Shown piece by piece: positions 45,436 to 54,787 of a DNA stretch of 64,000 nucleotides (position 1 is its first letter; every line of letters begins with the position of its first letter). Source of the stretch: Chlorobiota bacterium (GTDB lineage: Bacteria; Bacteroidota; Bacteroidia; Bacteroidales; F082). The DNA lies in contig JAUXDH010000001.1 in assembly GCA_030618545.1 (NCBI GenBank), positions 3,247 through 67,246 on the forward strand, given 5' to 3'. The notes beneath the pieces were generated by a model. It worked only from the letters and a program-made list of their open reading frames with translations. It searched no databases and was not told the origin of the DNA. The position numbers and the translations under genes are program-made.

Positions 45436-46671
45436 TTATTCATCTCTTAAAGCTTCAATGGGATTAATGGAAGCAGCCCTTCGTGCAGGGATAAATCCTG
45501 CAAGTGTACCGGCTAATACCAACAGTACTACAGCAGTTAATGCGACAGTGATATCTGCCTCCGGATTTGCGAAAAAATCACTGGGTGGAATGTTGGCGCT
45601 TAATAGCTCCATCAGACCCACCCCAAGAACCAGTCCGATGTATCCGGCAAGGCTTGTGATAACAATAGATTCCAGCATGATAAGCCCGATGATCGAGCCG
45701 GGTGTCGCGCCCATTGCTTTTCTTACGCCAATCTCCTTGGTCCTTTCTTTTACCACAATCATCATAATGTTGCTCACACCAACTATCCCTGCGATGATGG
45801 TGCCAATGCCGACAATCCAAATAAACACCCTGATGCCCATAAACAGATTCTGGACACGCATATAGTTTTCAAGGCTATTGAAAATATCGATTGCCCGCTT
45901 ATCTTCAGGATCAAAATGATGTATCTGGGCAAACTCAGACCGCAGTTGATCCTCAATGAGTTTGCTTTCTTCCACAGTGGCATCACCAATTGTCATCATT
46001 AACTGGTGAACACGATTGCTTCCGTTAAAAACTCTTTGCGCGGTAGTGATGGGCAGATAGATCATGCGCATCTCTCCTTCACCACCTTTGTCTTCGAAAA
46101 TACCAACAACTTTGAAAGGAATATTTCCGATCTTGATGTATTCACCAATTGGGTCTTCACCGTTTTTGAACAAATCCTTTTTTACAAGGTCGCCAATCAC
46201 TGCCACTTTTGTGTATTTCTGAATATCGAGATCGTTGATAAACCTGCCGGCAGTGATGAGGGTGTTTTCCAGATACATATGACCCGGATGAACTGAGCGC
46301 ACACTGTAGGTTCCAAAATTGTTTTTGTAGCTGGTGGTGTTGCTGCTGCTGATGTAAAACCTTCCACTGATCTGTTCCAACTGCTCCACAGAATATTTAG
46401 TACGGTTATAGTCTTCGTTGGTAAACCTGATTTCCCTGCCTGAATTATAACCTTTATAAGGAATAGAGGTTTGCCTTGCATAGATCCACAGGCTGTTGGT
46501 GGCATCATCGGCAAACTGGTTTTCAACGCCATTTTCCAAACCGGTTCCGGATCCCAGCAGAATGATCAGCATAAAAATACCCCATGCCACACTAAAACCG
46601 GTGAGGAATGTACGCAGCTTGTTTTTACTTATCGTACTGATAATCTCCTGCCACTTATCCAGATCAAACAT
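45436..46671 (-). CDS. MacB/FtsX-type ABC permease, type B copy 1
   Basis: 411 aa. MFDLDKWQEIISTISKNKLRTFLTGFSVAWGIFMLIILLGSGTGL ... INPIEALRDE. Confidence 0.9.
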   Translation of the reverse strand: MFDLDKWQEIISTISKNKLRTFLTGFSVAWGIFMLIILLGSGTGLENGVENQFADDATNSLWIYARQTSIPYKGYNSGREIRFTNEDYNRTKYSVEQLEQISGRFYISSSNTTSYKNNFGTYSVRSVHPGHMYLENTLITAGRFINDLDIQKYTKVAVIGDLVKKDLFKNGEDPIGEYIKIGNIPFKVVGIFEDKGGEGEMRMIYLPITTAQRVFNGSNRVHQLMMTIGDATVEESKLIEDQLRSEFAQIHHFDPEDKRAIDIFNSLENYMRVQNLFMGIRVFIWIVGIGTIIAGIVGVSNIMMIVVKERTKEIGVRKAMGATPGSIIGLIMLESIVITSLAGYIGLVLGVGLMELLSANIPPSDFFANPEADITVALTAVVLLVLAGTLAGFIPARRAASINPIEALRDE

Positions 46672-47417
46672 CAGGCTGCTCCGTTAACACCATTTAACCT
46701 GGCTTCTTCCAAACTTTTGAGTACTTGCTGTTTGCCTTCGTGACCATTTGCATCATTCTCAATCACTCCGTCTTTCAGGTGGATGATGCGATCGGTAAGA
46801 TTTGCAATATCATGTTCGTGGGTGACGATGATCATGGTGGTTCCCTTTGCATTGATCTCTTTCAGCACCTCCATGATCTCCCGGGATGTTGTTGAATCCA
46901 GCGCTCCGGTTGGCTCATCTGCAAGAATAACTTTAGGCTCAGCTATAAGTGATCTTGCAATAGCCAGCCTTTGCTTCTGGCCGCCGGATAATTCGCTCGG
47001 CAGGTGATGGGCCCAATCTTTCAACCCCATCCTGTCGAGATACTCCATGGCGATCTTATTTCTTTTTCTACGGTTTACCTTTTGATAGTAAAGAGGTAAT
47101 GCAACATTTTCCATCGCATTTTTAAAGGGAATCAGGTTGAAGGACTGGAATACAAATCCGATCATCTTATTCCTGTAATAAGCGGCCTTGCTTTCCTTGA
47201 GGTTGGCCATTAATTGCCTGTCAAGCAAATATTCTCCCTTATCATATTCATCTAAAATCCCGATAATGTTCAACAGTGTGGATTTACCAGAACCTGAAGA
47301 GCCCATAATCGATACCAGCTCACCTTCCTTTACTTCCAGGTCGATGCCTTTCAGTACATGAAGGCCACCGGTTTTACCCATCCGGTAAGTCTTATTAATT
47401 TCCTTTAACGTGATCAT
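46671..47417 (-). CDS. ABC transporter ATP-binding protein (MacB-NBD/LolD-like)
   Basis: 248 aa. Walker A GSSGSGKST, signature LSGGQKQR and Walker B ILADEPTGALD. Confidence 0.95.
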   Translation of the reverse strand: MITLKEINKTYRMGKTGGLHVLKGIDLEVKEGELVSIMGSSGSGKSTLLNIIGILDEYDKGEYLLDRQLMANLKESKAAYYRNKMIGFVFQSFNLIPFKNAMENVALPLYYQKVNRRKRNKIAMEYLDRMGLKDWAHHLPSELSGGQKQRLAIARSLIAEPKVILADEPTGALDSTTSREIMEVLKEINAKGTTMIIVTHEHDIANLTDRIIHLKDGVIENDANGHEGKQQVLKSLEEARLNGVNGAA

Positions 47418-47426
47418 GTCTAAGCT

Positions 47427-47585
47427 GTTGTTAATTGGTAGTTAACTATAAAAGTCTGTTCATCAGTAATTATGCCAGTTTGCTTAACGTTTTGAAAAAC
47501 AAACTATTCAAAAATACCTACTCTTCCAAAGTGTTCGCCCCTCCGACAAAGTGTGTGCGATATCGGCCATCTGTTGATAAAATAT
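47427..47585 (-). promoter_or_regulatory. Conserved non-coding element, copy A (upstream of the ATPase gene)
   Basis: Shares ordered blocks with 50282-50428: GTTGTTAA, TCAGTAATTATGCC (47463), AAAGTGTTCG (47528), TGTGCGA (47554), then CCAT..CTGT..GATA. The inter-block spacings are identical (65 and 26 nt). Confidence 0.7.
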
Positions 47586-47639
47586 ATCAAGATGAAAAAT
47601 GTTTAGAAATAAGTAGTTATTATCGTTTTAAATGTGTTG

Positions 47640-48902
47640 TTAATCAAACCTCAACGCATCAATTGGTTTTAATGAAACAGCTTTTTTGGCCGGGATCAAT
47701 CCTGCGAACATACCTGAGAAGATAAGAATGGTAAGAGCGGTGATGGCCATATCGAAATTAACACCGGGATGAAGGAACATTTCCGTATCAGCGCCTGATG
47801 ATTCCAACAGCTTATTGATCAGTTCGAGTAAACCAACGCCCACTACCAGGCCAAAATATCCGGCAAAAGTAGTTAATACAACCGATTCGGTGATTACCTG
47901 CCGAACGATTATCCAGGGAGTGGCGCCAATTGCCCTTTGAATCCCGAACTCCCGGGTTCGTTCTTTTACCACTACCAGCATAATGTTGCTGACACCTATT
48001 ATCCCTGCCAGCAGTGTTCCTATGCCCACCACCCAGACCAATCCACGGATGCCGCCAAAGAGACCTCTCATCTGTTTGAATTCCTTTTCAAGGTTGAAGT
48101 GTCCAACAGCGCGTTCATCTTCTGGAGCAACGTTGTGTCTTTTCTTTAATATTTCAATGGCTTTGGTCTCCACCAGAGTAACCGGAATATTATTTTTTGA
48201 AGTGATAGCGAAGAAACCTATCGAATTGCCCATGTTGAATGTTTTTTGCATGGTGGTGAATGGCATATAAATATTCTGATTTTCGAAATCTGACTGTTCG
48301 CCTGATCTTTTGGATTTGAATATTCCAACAACTTTGAAATAGACGCCCTGGATCTGAATATACTGATCAATGGGTTCTTCACCTTCTTCAAAAAGTAATT
48401 CTATAACTCTTATGCCAACAATCACCACTTTTCTTTCATATTTTATATCCAGGTTATTCAGAAATCTCCCGTTCATGATATTTACCGGATCTATCTGGTT
48501 GATCACCGGGTATTCGCCCATGATGGAAAATCCACCCGACTTTTTACCTCTAACCACATTGTTGGTGCCGTTAAAACCTCCGGCTCTGAGCCTTGGGGCA
48601 ATGTATTTCATTTCTGGTATTGCCCGTTTCAGTGCAGGTACATCTTCATTCACAAAGTTATAATTCCGTCCGCGTGGTAAACCATTGTATGGTACAGATG
48701 TTTGCTGGGTCCAGATGAAAACACTGTTTGTTGCAAGGTCTCCAAGGTTCTGAGTAACGCCATTTTCCAGTCCATTTCCGGCTCCCAGCATAACAACCAA
48801 CATAAAGATTCCCCAAAAAACACCAAAGGCTGTAAGAAAAGTTCTCATCTTATTCCTGCTGAGCACCTGGTATATTTCCTGCCAACGGTCTAGATCAAAC
48901 AT
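47640..48902 (-). CDS. MacB/FtsX-type ABC permease, type A copy 2
   Basis: 420 aa. MFDLDRWQEIYQVLSRNKMRTFLTAFGVFWGIFMLVVMLGAGNGL ... KPIDALRFD. Confidence 0.9.
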   Translation of the reverse strand: MFDLDRWQEIYQVLSRNKMRTFLTAFGVFWGIFMLVVMLGAGNGLENGVTQNLGDLATNSVFIWTQQTSVPYNGLPRGRNYNFVNEDVPALKRAIPEMKYIAPRLRAGGFNGTNNVVRGKKSGGFSIMGEYPVINQIDPVNIMNGRFLNNLDIKYERKVVIVGIRVIELLFEEGEEPIDQYIQIQGVYFKVVGIFKSKRSGEQSDFENQNIYMPFTTMQKTFNMGNSIGFFAITSKNNIPVTLVETKAIEILKKRHNVAPEDERAVGHFNLEKEFKQMRGLFGGIRGLVWVVGIGTLLAGIIGVSNIMLVVVKERTREFGIQRAIGATPWIIVRQVITESVVLTTFAGYFGLVVGVGLLELINKLLESSGADTEMFLHPGVNFDMAITALTILIFSGMFAGLIPAKKAVSLKPIDALRFD

Positions 48903-48916
48903 AATTTTTTCGCTTT

Positions 48917-50152
48917 TTATTCATCCTTTAAAGCTTCAACAGGCTTTACTTTTGCTGCCTTCATAGCCGGAACAAATCCTGCAATACTTCCAGCAATAAT
49001 CAGTAATATAGTAGCGCTGACAGCCAGTGAGAAATCCGCTTCAGGATTCTTGAAAAATTCTGTTTCAGGCATATTTGCTCCAATAATCTCCAGCAGGAAA
49101 ACACCAAGCAACAAACCGATATACCCCGCAAAACTGGTAATTAAGACCGACTCCTGAAGAATGAGAGAAACAATGGAATAAGGGGTTGCTCCCATTGCTT
49201 TACGAATACCAATTTCCTTGGTCCGCTCACGTACAACAATCATCATGATATTGCTTACACCAACTATTCCTGCGATGATTGTTCCGATACCAATGATCCA
49301 GATAAACATTCTTATGCCAGCGAAAAGAGCTTTGAATTTCCTTACTTCCTCACTCTTATTCCAGACAAACACTGCCCGGTTGTCTGTTTCATCAAACTTG
49401 TGCTTGCGTGACAGAAGGAGCTTGGTATTGCTGACCATTTCATCCACCTGTTGAGGGCTTGCTTCCCCGGTAGTGAAAGATATCTGGCTGACGATGTTGT
49501 TGCCGTTAAATACTTTCTGCGCTGTTGTAATCGGAATGTAGATGCGTTTCATCTCATCATCATTCCGGCTGAAATCACGAAAGACACCAACTACCTTAAA
49601 CAATACACCGTTGATCTTTATGTATTTTCCGAGGGCCAGCGAATCCGCACCTTTAAACAGGGCATCTTCTACTTGCTCCCCTATGGCTGCAACTTTCCTG
49701 TTTTTTTCGATATCAAGTTCATTTAAAAATCTGCCCTGCAGCAATTCAACATCTTTAATATAGCCGTAATCGGGATGGCAGGGTGAAAGGTAGAACGATC
49801 CATATTCGTCTTTGTAGGAAATAAGGTTGTTGCCCATAAAAAGGCGTGAAGAAATATGGTCAGGATCAAGATTATTCTTCAGGTTTGAGTAGTCCTCGTT
49901 AGTAAAGTCAATCCTCCGGCCGGCCTTAAAACCTTTATACTCCTTACTGGTTACGCCGCTGCTGATCCAAATACCATTAGTCACACTGCCGGCAAATTCA
50001 TCCTGAACGCCGTTTTCAAGCCCTTTACCGGAACCCAATAAGATGATAAGCATAAAAATTCCCCATGCTACACTAAACCCGGTGAGAAAAGTACGAAGCT
50101 TATTCTTTTGGATAGTTGAGTAAATCTCCTGCCATTTGTCGATCTCAAACAT
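48917..50152 (-). CDS. MacB/FtsX-type ABC permease, type B copy 2
   Basis: The ATG at 50152 gives MFEIDKWQEIYSTIQKNKLRTFLTGFSVAWGIFMLIILLGSGKGL, colinear with the three paralogues. The track's TTG at 50194 adds 14 non-conserved residues. Confidence 0.9.
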   Translation of the reverse strand: MFEIDKWQEIYSTIQKNKLRTFLTGFSVAWGIFMLIILLGSGKGLENGVQDEFAGSVTNGIWISSGVTSKEYKGFKAGRRIDFTNEDYSNLKNNLDPDHISSRLFMGNNLISYKDEYGSFYLSPCHPDYGYIKDVELLQGRFLNELDIEKNRKVAAIGEQVEDALFKGADSLALGKYIKINGVLFKVVGVFRDFSRNDDEMKRIYIPITTAQKVFNGNNIVSQISFTTGEASPQQVDEMVSNTKLLLSRKHKFDETDNRAVFVWNKSEEVRKFKALFAGIRMFIWIIGIGTIIAGIVGVSNIMMIVVRERTKEIGIRKAMGATPYSIVSLILQESVLITSFAGYIGLLLGVFLLEIIGANMPETEFFKNPEADFSLAVSATILLIIAGSIAGFVPAMKAAKVKPVEALKDE

Positions 50153-50281
50153 CTTTGAGCTGTTTTTGGTTTTGTACCCGGTAACCAACCTCAAAATCTA
50201 TTACACTTCAATTAATGAGTACGGGTTTATTGTAACGCGTGACACAATCGTGTAATAAAAAATCATTAATGGTTGTCTTAC

Positions 50282-50428
50282 GTTGTTAAAAAATAGTTAG
50301 ACTCAGTAATTATGCCGCTTTATATAAATTACTGTAAAACAACGCCTAATAAAAAAGCGTCATTTAAAAAGTGTTCGTGCATTTAACAGCATCTGTGCGA
50401 AAACGTCCATACCTGTGCATGATATTTA
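50282..50428 (-). promoter_or_regulatory. Conserved non-coding element, copy B (upstream of permease B2; divergent from the histidine kinase)
   Basis: Blocks GTTGTTAA (50282), TCAGTAATTATGCC (50303), AAAGTGTTCG (50368) and TGTGCGA (50394), in the same order and with the same 65/26-nt spacing as copy A. Confidence 0.7.
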
Positions 50429-50480
50429 GGTCCAAAAATTATTTGAGAAGCCGATTGGGGGCAATAATAGGTTCTTTTAA

Positions 50481-52028
50481 ATGTTAGTACATTTGGATAT
50501 AAATTACTTTTTAGTGGATCTTTATACACAAAAAAAGCGCTCAAAGATCTTATTATTCATTCTGGCCATTTTCATCATTGGCGCTTCTATTTTCTATACC
50601 AATCTTCTCGTAAATCAGTTTGCAAAAGAGGAAAGGAAGAATGTTAGGTTATGGGCAGAGGCAGTACAGAGGAAAGCAAGACTGGTAAAATACACCGAGT
50701 TCTTTTTCAATCAATTAAAAGATGAAGAGAGAAAAAGAGTGGAGTTGTTTGCGGAGGTTTATCACCAGTTGTTATCCGACAGAGATGACCAGGATCTGAC
50801 ATTTTATCTGGATATCATTCACAACAACACAACGATTCCCATCATTTATACAGATGAAAGCGGAAACGTATTAAGCACCAAAAACCTTGATTATCCTTTT
50901 GATACCATCACCATATTGGATGGAACCCTGCTAGAGGAGTTTTCTGTTTACCAGCCTATTGAAGTAAATTATTCACCACCGCGAAAAAATTACCTGTATT
51001 ACCAGGATTCCAGGTTCTTTAAAGAGCTGAAACAGGTACTCAACGATTACGTCACCTCTTTTATGGAGGAAGTCGCTTTAAACTCTTCCAGTGTTCCGGT
51101 AATAATTACCGACAGTACTCATTTAAAAGTTCTTCAGTTCGGTAACCTGAACGATATCCGGATGAGTGATCCCAACTATGTACAGAAGAAGCTGGCAGAG
51201 ATGGAAGATGAGAACACCCCAATGGAGGTTACACTTGGTGAGCAGGGTACAAGCTACATTTATTACCAGGATTCGGAATTGCTGACCATTATGAAATTCT
51301 TTCCCCTGACACAGATACTCATTATCGGAATATTCCTTGCCATCGCTTACTTCCTGTTCAGTTATGCAAGAAAAGCGGAACAAAACAGGGTTTGGGCCGG
51401 CATGGCTAAAGAAACCGCCCACCAGATCGGAACACCCTTGTCATCCATTATGGCCTGGCTCGAATTATTAAAAATGGATCACAGCAACATGGAACAGGCT
51501 GCAGTTGAAATTGAAAAAGATATCAACCGTCTGGAAGTGATTACAGAGCGGTTCTCAAAGATTGGATCACAACCTAAGCTCCAGCTAAATGACTTGCCCG
51601 GGATCATTAACGAAAGCATTGAATACCTGCAGCCCCGCAGTCCCCGAAAAGTCAAATACAAAATAGATATCCCTAAAGAAGGTGAATTGTTCATTCCTGT
51701 AAATGGTGCATTGTTCAGTTGGGTTATTGAGAATCTTTGTAAAAATGCCATTGATGCCATGGAAGGTGAAGGAACAATCACCATCAGGCTGAAGGTGGAT
51801 TCAAAACATGTGATTATTGATATTGTTGATGATGGAAAAGGAATTTCAATTACGGAACAGAAAGCTATTTTTAATCCAGGATATACCAGCAAAATACGGG
51901 GATGGGGATTGGGGCTCTCACTTTCTAAAAGGATTATCCGGGATTATCACAAAGGAAAATTATTCGTAAAAAGTTCTACTCCCGGAAAAGGGAGTACCTT
52001 CAGAATCATAATGCGCACCGAACAATGA
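50481..52028 (+). CDS. Membrane sensor histidine kinase (no response regulator in the window)
   Basis: 515 aa with two TM segments. H-box KETAHQIGTPLSSI, N-box NLCKNAIDA, G1 DDGKGI and G2 GWGLGLS. Confidence 0.9.
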   Translation: MLVHLDINYFLVDLYTQKKRSKILLFILAIFIIGASIFYTNLLVNQFAKEERKNVRLWAEAVQRKARLVKYTEFFFNQLKDEERKRVELFAEVYHQLLSDRDDQDLTFYLDIIHNNTTIPIIYTDESGNVLSTKNLDYPFDTITILDGTLLEEFSVYQPIEVNYSPPRKNYLYYQDSRFFKELKQVLNDYVTSFMEEVALNSSSVPVIITDSTHLKVLQFGNLNDIRMSDPNYVQKKLAEMEDENTPMEVTLGEQGTSYIYYQDSELLTIMKFFPLTQILIIGIFLAIAYFLFSYARKAEQNRVWAGMAKETAHQIGTPLSSIMAWLELLKMDHSNMEQAAVEIEKDINRLEVITERFSKIGSQPKLQLNDLPGIINESIEYLQPRSPRKVKYKIDIPKEGELFIPVNGALFSWVIENLCKNAIDAMEGEGTITIRLKVDSKHVIIDIVDDGKGISITEQKAIFNPGYTSKIRGWGLGLSLSKRIIRDYHKGKLFVKSSTPGKGSTFRIIMRTEQ

Positions 52029-52201
52029 AAACATTAGGTTTTTTGGGCGGTACCACCTGGGTATCGACAATTGAATACTACCGCTTAACCAACCTGGGTG
52101 TCAACAGGAGATTGGGAGATTTGAATTCTGCCCGCTGCATTGTTTATTTTAATTTTGAAATGAGGTCAAAGGCCACTACTTTTGACCCATTCCAAAAATG
52201 A
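52025..52201 (+). pseudogene. 5' remnant of an aspartate/glutamate-racemase-family gene
   Basis: 58-codon ORF, too short for the track. Its ATG overlaps the kinase stop (ATGA). MKTLGFLGGTTWVSTIEYYRLTNLGVNRRLGDLNSARCIVYFNFE matches the racemase N-terminus (MKTIGLIGGMSWEST..YY..IN..V...LGGLHSA....YSV.F) for about 45 aa, then diverges and stops. Full-length proteins are about 230 aa. Confidence 0.55.
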
Positions 52202-52208
52202 GAAAAGT

Positions 52209-52850
52209 ATGGCGTCATTATTTAAACGGTTTAAAAAGAACCTGCCTGCAGTATCCACCAAGAATTCGGCATATTATAATCGTGAAAATGTAATTCTTAA
52301 TGCATCAGACCTGACTAAGGTTTTGAAAGGAGCGCCCGATATAAAGGGGTTTAAAACCGACAAGGAACTTACTTTTAACAACATTCCTCTTTTGGATATT
52401 TCTCCTGAAATTCTTAGATCTAATTTTGACACCCCTTCGCATGTTATGGATCGATCAAATTACATTCCGGGACACAAGGTGGTCTTTTATAAAGATAGTG
52501 TAGCTCATTATAAGTTTTTGATCCAATACCACTTTTTTAATGAAAAATTCTTTTTTGCAAGCAACAAGATTTCATCAATGACAGTGTTGTCTGATAATGA
52601 CAAAATGAAAATCGTCAACCGTATTTCAATGAAATACCTTGCTGAAAAAGATAAAAAAGAGGCGGGTTTGGTGATGAAAGTTACCGACCCCAATGGCAGC
52701 ATTATTTATACTGTGGATGATGTTTATTTTTATATGCATTACCTGCCGGCGAACGAGGTAAATGAAACACTGATGAAAAAGTATGCTGACATTGCTGATC
52801 AAAATTTAAAACCCCTGGGTTTTAATGAATCACTGGAAAAATATATCTAG
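52209..52850 (+). CDS. Hypothetical protein (no recognisable family)
   Basis: I prefer the ATG at 52209 (MASLFKRFKK...) over the TTG at 52182. Coding-like composition. No signal peptide or motifs recognised. Confidence 0.6.
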   Translation: MASLFKRFKKNLPAVSTKNSAYYNRENVILNASDLTKVLKGAPDIKGFKTDKELTFNNIPLLDISPEILRSNFDTPSHVMDRSNYIPGHKVVFYKDSVAHYKFLIQYHFFNEKFFFASNKISSMTVLSDNDKMKIVNRISMKYLAEKDKKEAGLVMKVTDPNGSIIYTVDDVYFYMHYLPANEVNETLMKKYADIADQNLKPLGFNESLEKYI

Positions 52851-52870
52851 TTAATTAACAATCCTTTTGC

Positions 52871-53998
52871 ATGGCAGGAATTTACATTCATATCCCTTAC
52901 TGCAAACAAAAGTGCCACTATTGTAATTTCTATTCTTTTGCTTCTTCTCAATTTCGTGAACAATTCGTTGATGCTTTATTAAACGAGCTTTCTCATCGAA
53001 AAAATTATCTGGAAAACGCAAAGGTAAACACCATCTATTTCGGAGGTGGTACGCCTTCCATGCTGAGTACAGACGAGATTAATAAGATTGTTAAAAGAAT
53101 ATTTACCCTGTTCCAGGTTGAAGATGGTGCAGAGCTAACGCTGGAAGCCAATCCTGATGACCTCAATGAAGCCTATCTGGCAGATCTGAAAAACTATACT
53201 TCGATCAACAGGCTAAGTATTGGAATTCAGAGTTTCTTTCCTCAGGATCTTCAATATTTGAACCGGGTACACGATGTGAGACAGGCCCGTTCTTCCATTG
53301 AACTTGCTGTTGGAAATGGATTTACCAACCTGACCATAGACCTTATCTACGGAATTCCAACACTGACAATTGATAATTGGAAACAAAACCTGGAAATCTT
53401 TTTTTCTTACCAACTGCCACATCTTTCTTCTTATTCATTGACTGTTGAACCCAAAACAGCGTTGAATACGATGATTAAAAAGGGGGAAATGCAGAATGTT
53501 AAAGAGCAGCAAAGCATTGAGCACTTTAAAATCCTGCTCAATGAAACCGGCCGTAATGCTTATGTCAATTATGAAATATCCAACTTTGCCAGGGAAGGGT
53601 ATTATTCCAAGCACAACAGCATCTATTGGCTGGGAGGTCATTACCTGGGACTGGGACCTTCGGCACATTCATTCAATGGAAAGTCACGGCAGTGGAATGT
53701 GTCGAACATGAGAAAATACATTGGGGAGGAAACAGTAGAAAACATCATCGAAGAAAAAGAAATACTTACCCCCGGGCAACGATTCAATGAATATGTAATG
53801 ACTTCTCTGAGGACCTCGTGGGGTTGCGATAGTGAGCATATTCAAAATGTTTTTGGATACAAAGCTATGCGGCACATGGAGGAATCGATCAAAGAATTTA
53901 TAAGGGATAGAAAAGTGAAGAAGGAAGGCAGCAAGTATTACCTGACTGGTGAGGGAAAGTTATTTGCGGATGGCATCGCTTCAGCATTGTTTCTGTAA
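52871..53998 (+). CDS. hemW: Radical SAM heme chaperone HemW (HemN-like, oxygen-independent coproporphyrinogen oxidase family)
   Basis: 375 aa. YIHIPYCKQKCHYCNF is the CxxxCxxC radical SAM motif, and the size fits HemW. Confidence 0.88.
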   Translation: MAGIYIHIPYCKQKCHYCNFYSFASSQFREQFVDALLNELSHRKNYLENAKVNTIYFGGGTPSMLSTDEINKIVKRIFTLFQVEDGAELTLEANPDDLNEAYLADLKNYTSINRLSIGIQSFFPQDLQYLNRVHDVRQARSSIELAVGNGFTNLTIDLIYGIPTLTIDNWKQNLEIFFSYQLPHLSSYSLTVEPKTALNTMIKKGEMQNVKEQQSIEHFKILLNETGRNAYVNYEISNFAREGYYSKHNSIYWLGGHYLGLGPSAHSFNGKSRQWNVSNMRKYIGEETVENIIEEKEILTPGQRFNEYVMTSLRTSWGCDSEHIQNVFGYKAMRHMEESIKEFIRDRKVKKEGSKYYLTGEGKLFADGIASALFL

Positions 53999-54016
53999 CG
54001 ATCGTAAATAGAGTAA

Positions 54017-54196
54017 TCAGGATTTCGTATTCGGGCTAAGCCTGGTTATTAAATATCCGATAGCGGGACTTAACATGATGCAAATGAAAAACGACCACTC
54101 CACTCCCAACTTTTTCTTTTTTCCCAGATTTTCAGAAATGACCATAGCCAGGATGTACCAGACGATGAATATCAATATGACTAAATATTCATTCAT
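54017..54196 (-). CDS. Small two-TM membrane protein (59 aa), not in the ORF track
   Basis: Hand translation: MNEYLVILIFIVWYILAMVISENLGKKKKLGVEWSFFICIMLSPAIGYLITRLSPNTKS*. The ATG lies 5 nt after the stop of the PepSY-TM gene. The TM-KKK.G....F....LSP.IG.L pattern recalls a common small-protein family. Confidence 0.5.
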   Translation of the reverse strand: MNEYLVILIFIVWYILAMVISENLGKKKKLGVEWSFFICIMLSPAIGYLITRLSPNTKS

Positions 54197-54200
54197 TGCA

Positions 54201-54755
54201 TTAATAAAAGTAAATAAACAGGTAAATCACTGGTATGACAAATCCAAGTATTGTAAGCCATGCGCCTCTTTTGGTAATTCCTCGTGAGCGGCGAGGAATC
54301 AAAATACCTGTGATTCCAAGCAGTATCAGGGCTCCGCAAAAAATATCAGAAAACCAGGTCCAGTATTTTATCGGATTGTAATGAAGATAGTTCACCTCCC
54401 TGAATATCGCCCTCCTTTTTGTTTTTTCAATCACCCCTACACCTGTTTTCAGGTTGATGTAAGCCGACCCATCATCTATAAATATCTTGACCATATCATC
54501 CGATGGAAAATAATGATTCCTGTAGTTGTCCTCTTCCCCATAAGTTGCCAGAATTGCTTTAAGATAGGCCTTGCCTGGTTTCTCCGGAAAAGGAGCTACC
54601 TGAATGTCTTCAACTGTCAATACATAATTCGGATTCCAGTCTTTAAGATGATTAATGGCGATACCCGACAAGGCATAAATAATAGTCATTCCAAGGAAAA
54701 AATAGCCAAAATCACGGTGAACAGCCTTGTTCCATTTTCTCCATTTAAATGACAT
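54201..54755 (-). CDS. PepSY-associated TM helix protein
   Basis: 184 aa. The N-terminus WRKWNKAVHRDFGYFFLGMTIIYALSGIAINH is typical of PepSY-TM proteins. Confidence 0.75.
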   Translation of the reverse strand: MSFKWRKWNKAVHRDFGYFFLGMTIIYALSGIAINHLKDWNPNYVLTVEDIQVAPFPEKPGKAYLKAILATYGEEDNYRNHYFPSDDMVKIFIDDGSAYINLKTGVGVIEKTKRRAIFREVNYLHYNPIKYWTWFSDIFCGALILLGITGILIPRRSRGITKRGAWLTILGFVIPVIYLFIYFY

Positions 54756-54787
54756 TCATAAAATTTTAAATTTGACCTGTTAGGTCA

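Noticed and set aside
47435-47725. 96-aa plus-strand ORF spanning the ABC spacer
   Set aside because: It runs antisense into permease A2. The conserved blocks shared with 50282-50428 are not in a common reading frame there.
50153-50194. The TTG start at 50194 for permease B2 (track ORF)
   Set aside because: The extra 14 residues have no counterpart in the three paralogues, which all begin M(NV)F(D/E)(L/I)D.WQEI. The ATG at 50152 restores colinearity.
54075-54287. 70-aa plus-strand ORF
   Set aside because: It is antisense to the PepSY-TM gene end and to the better-supported 59-aa membrane ORF, and its composition is not coding-like.
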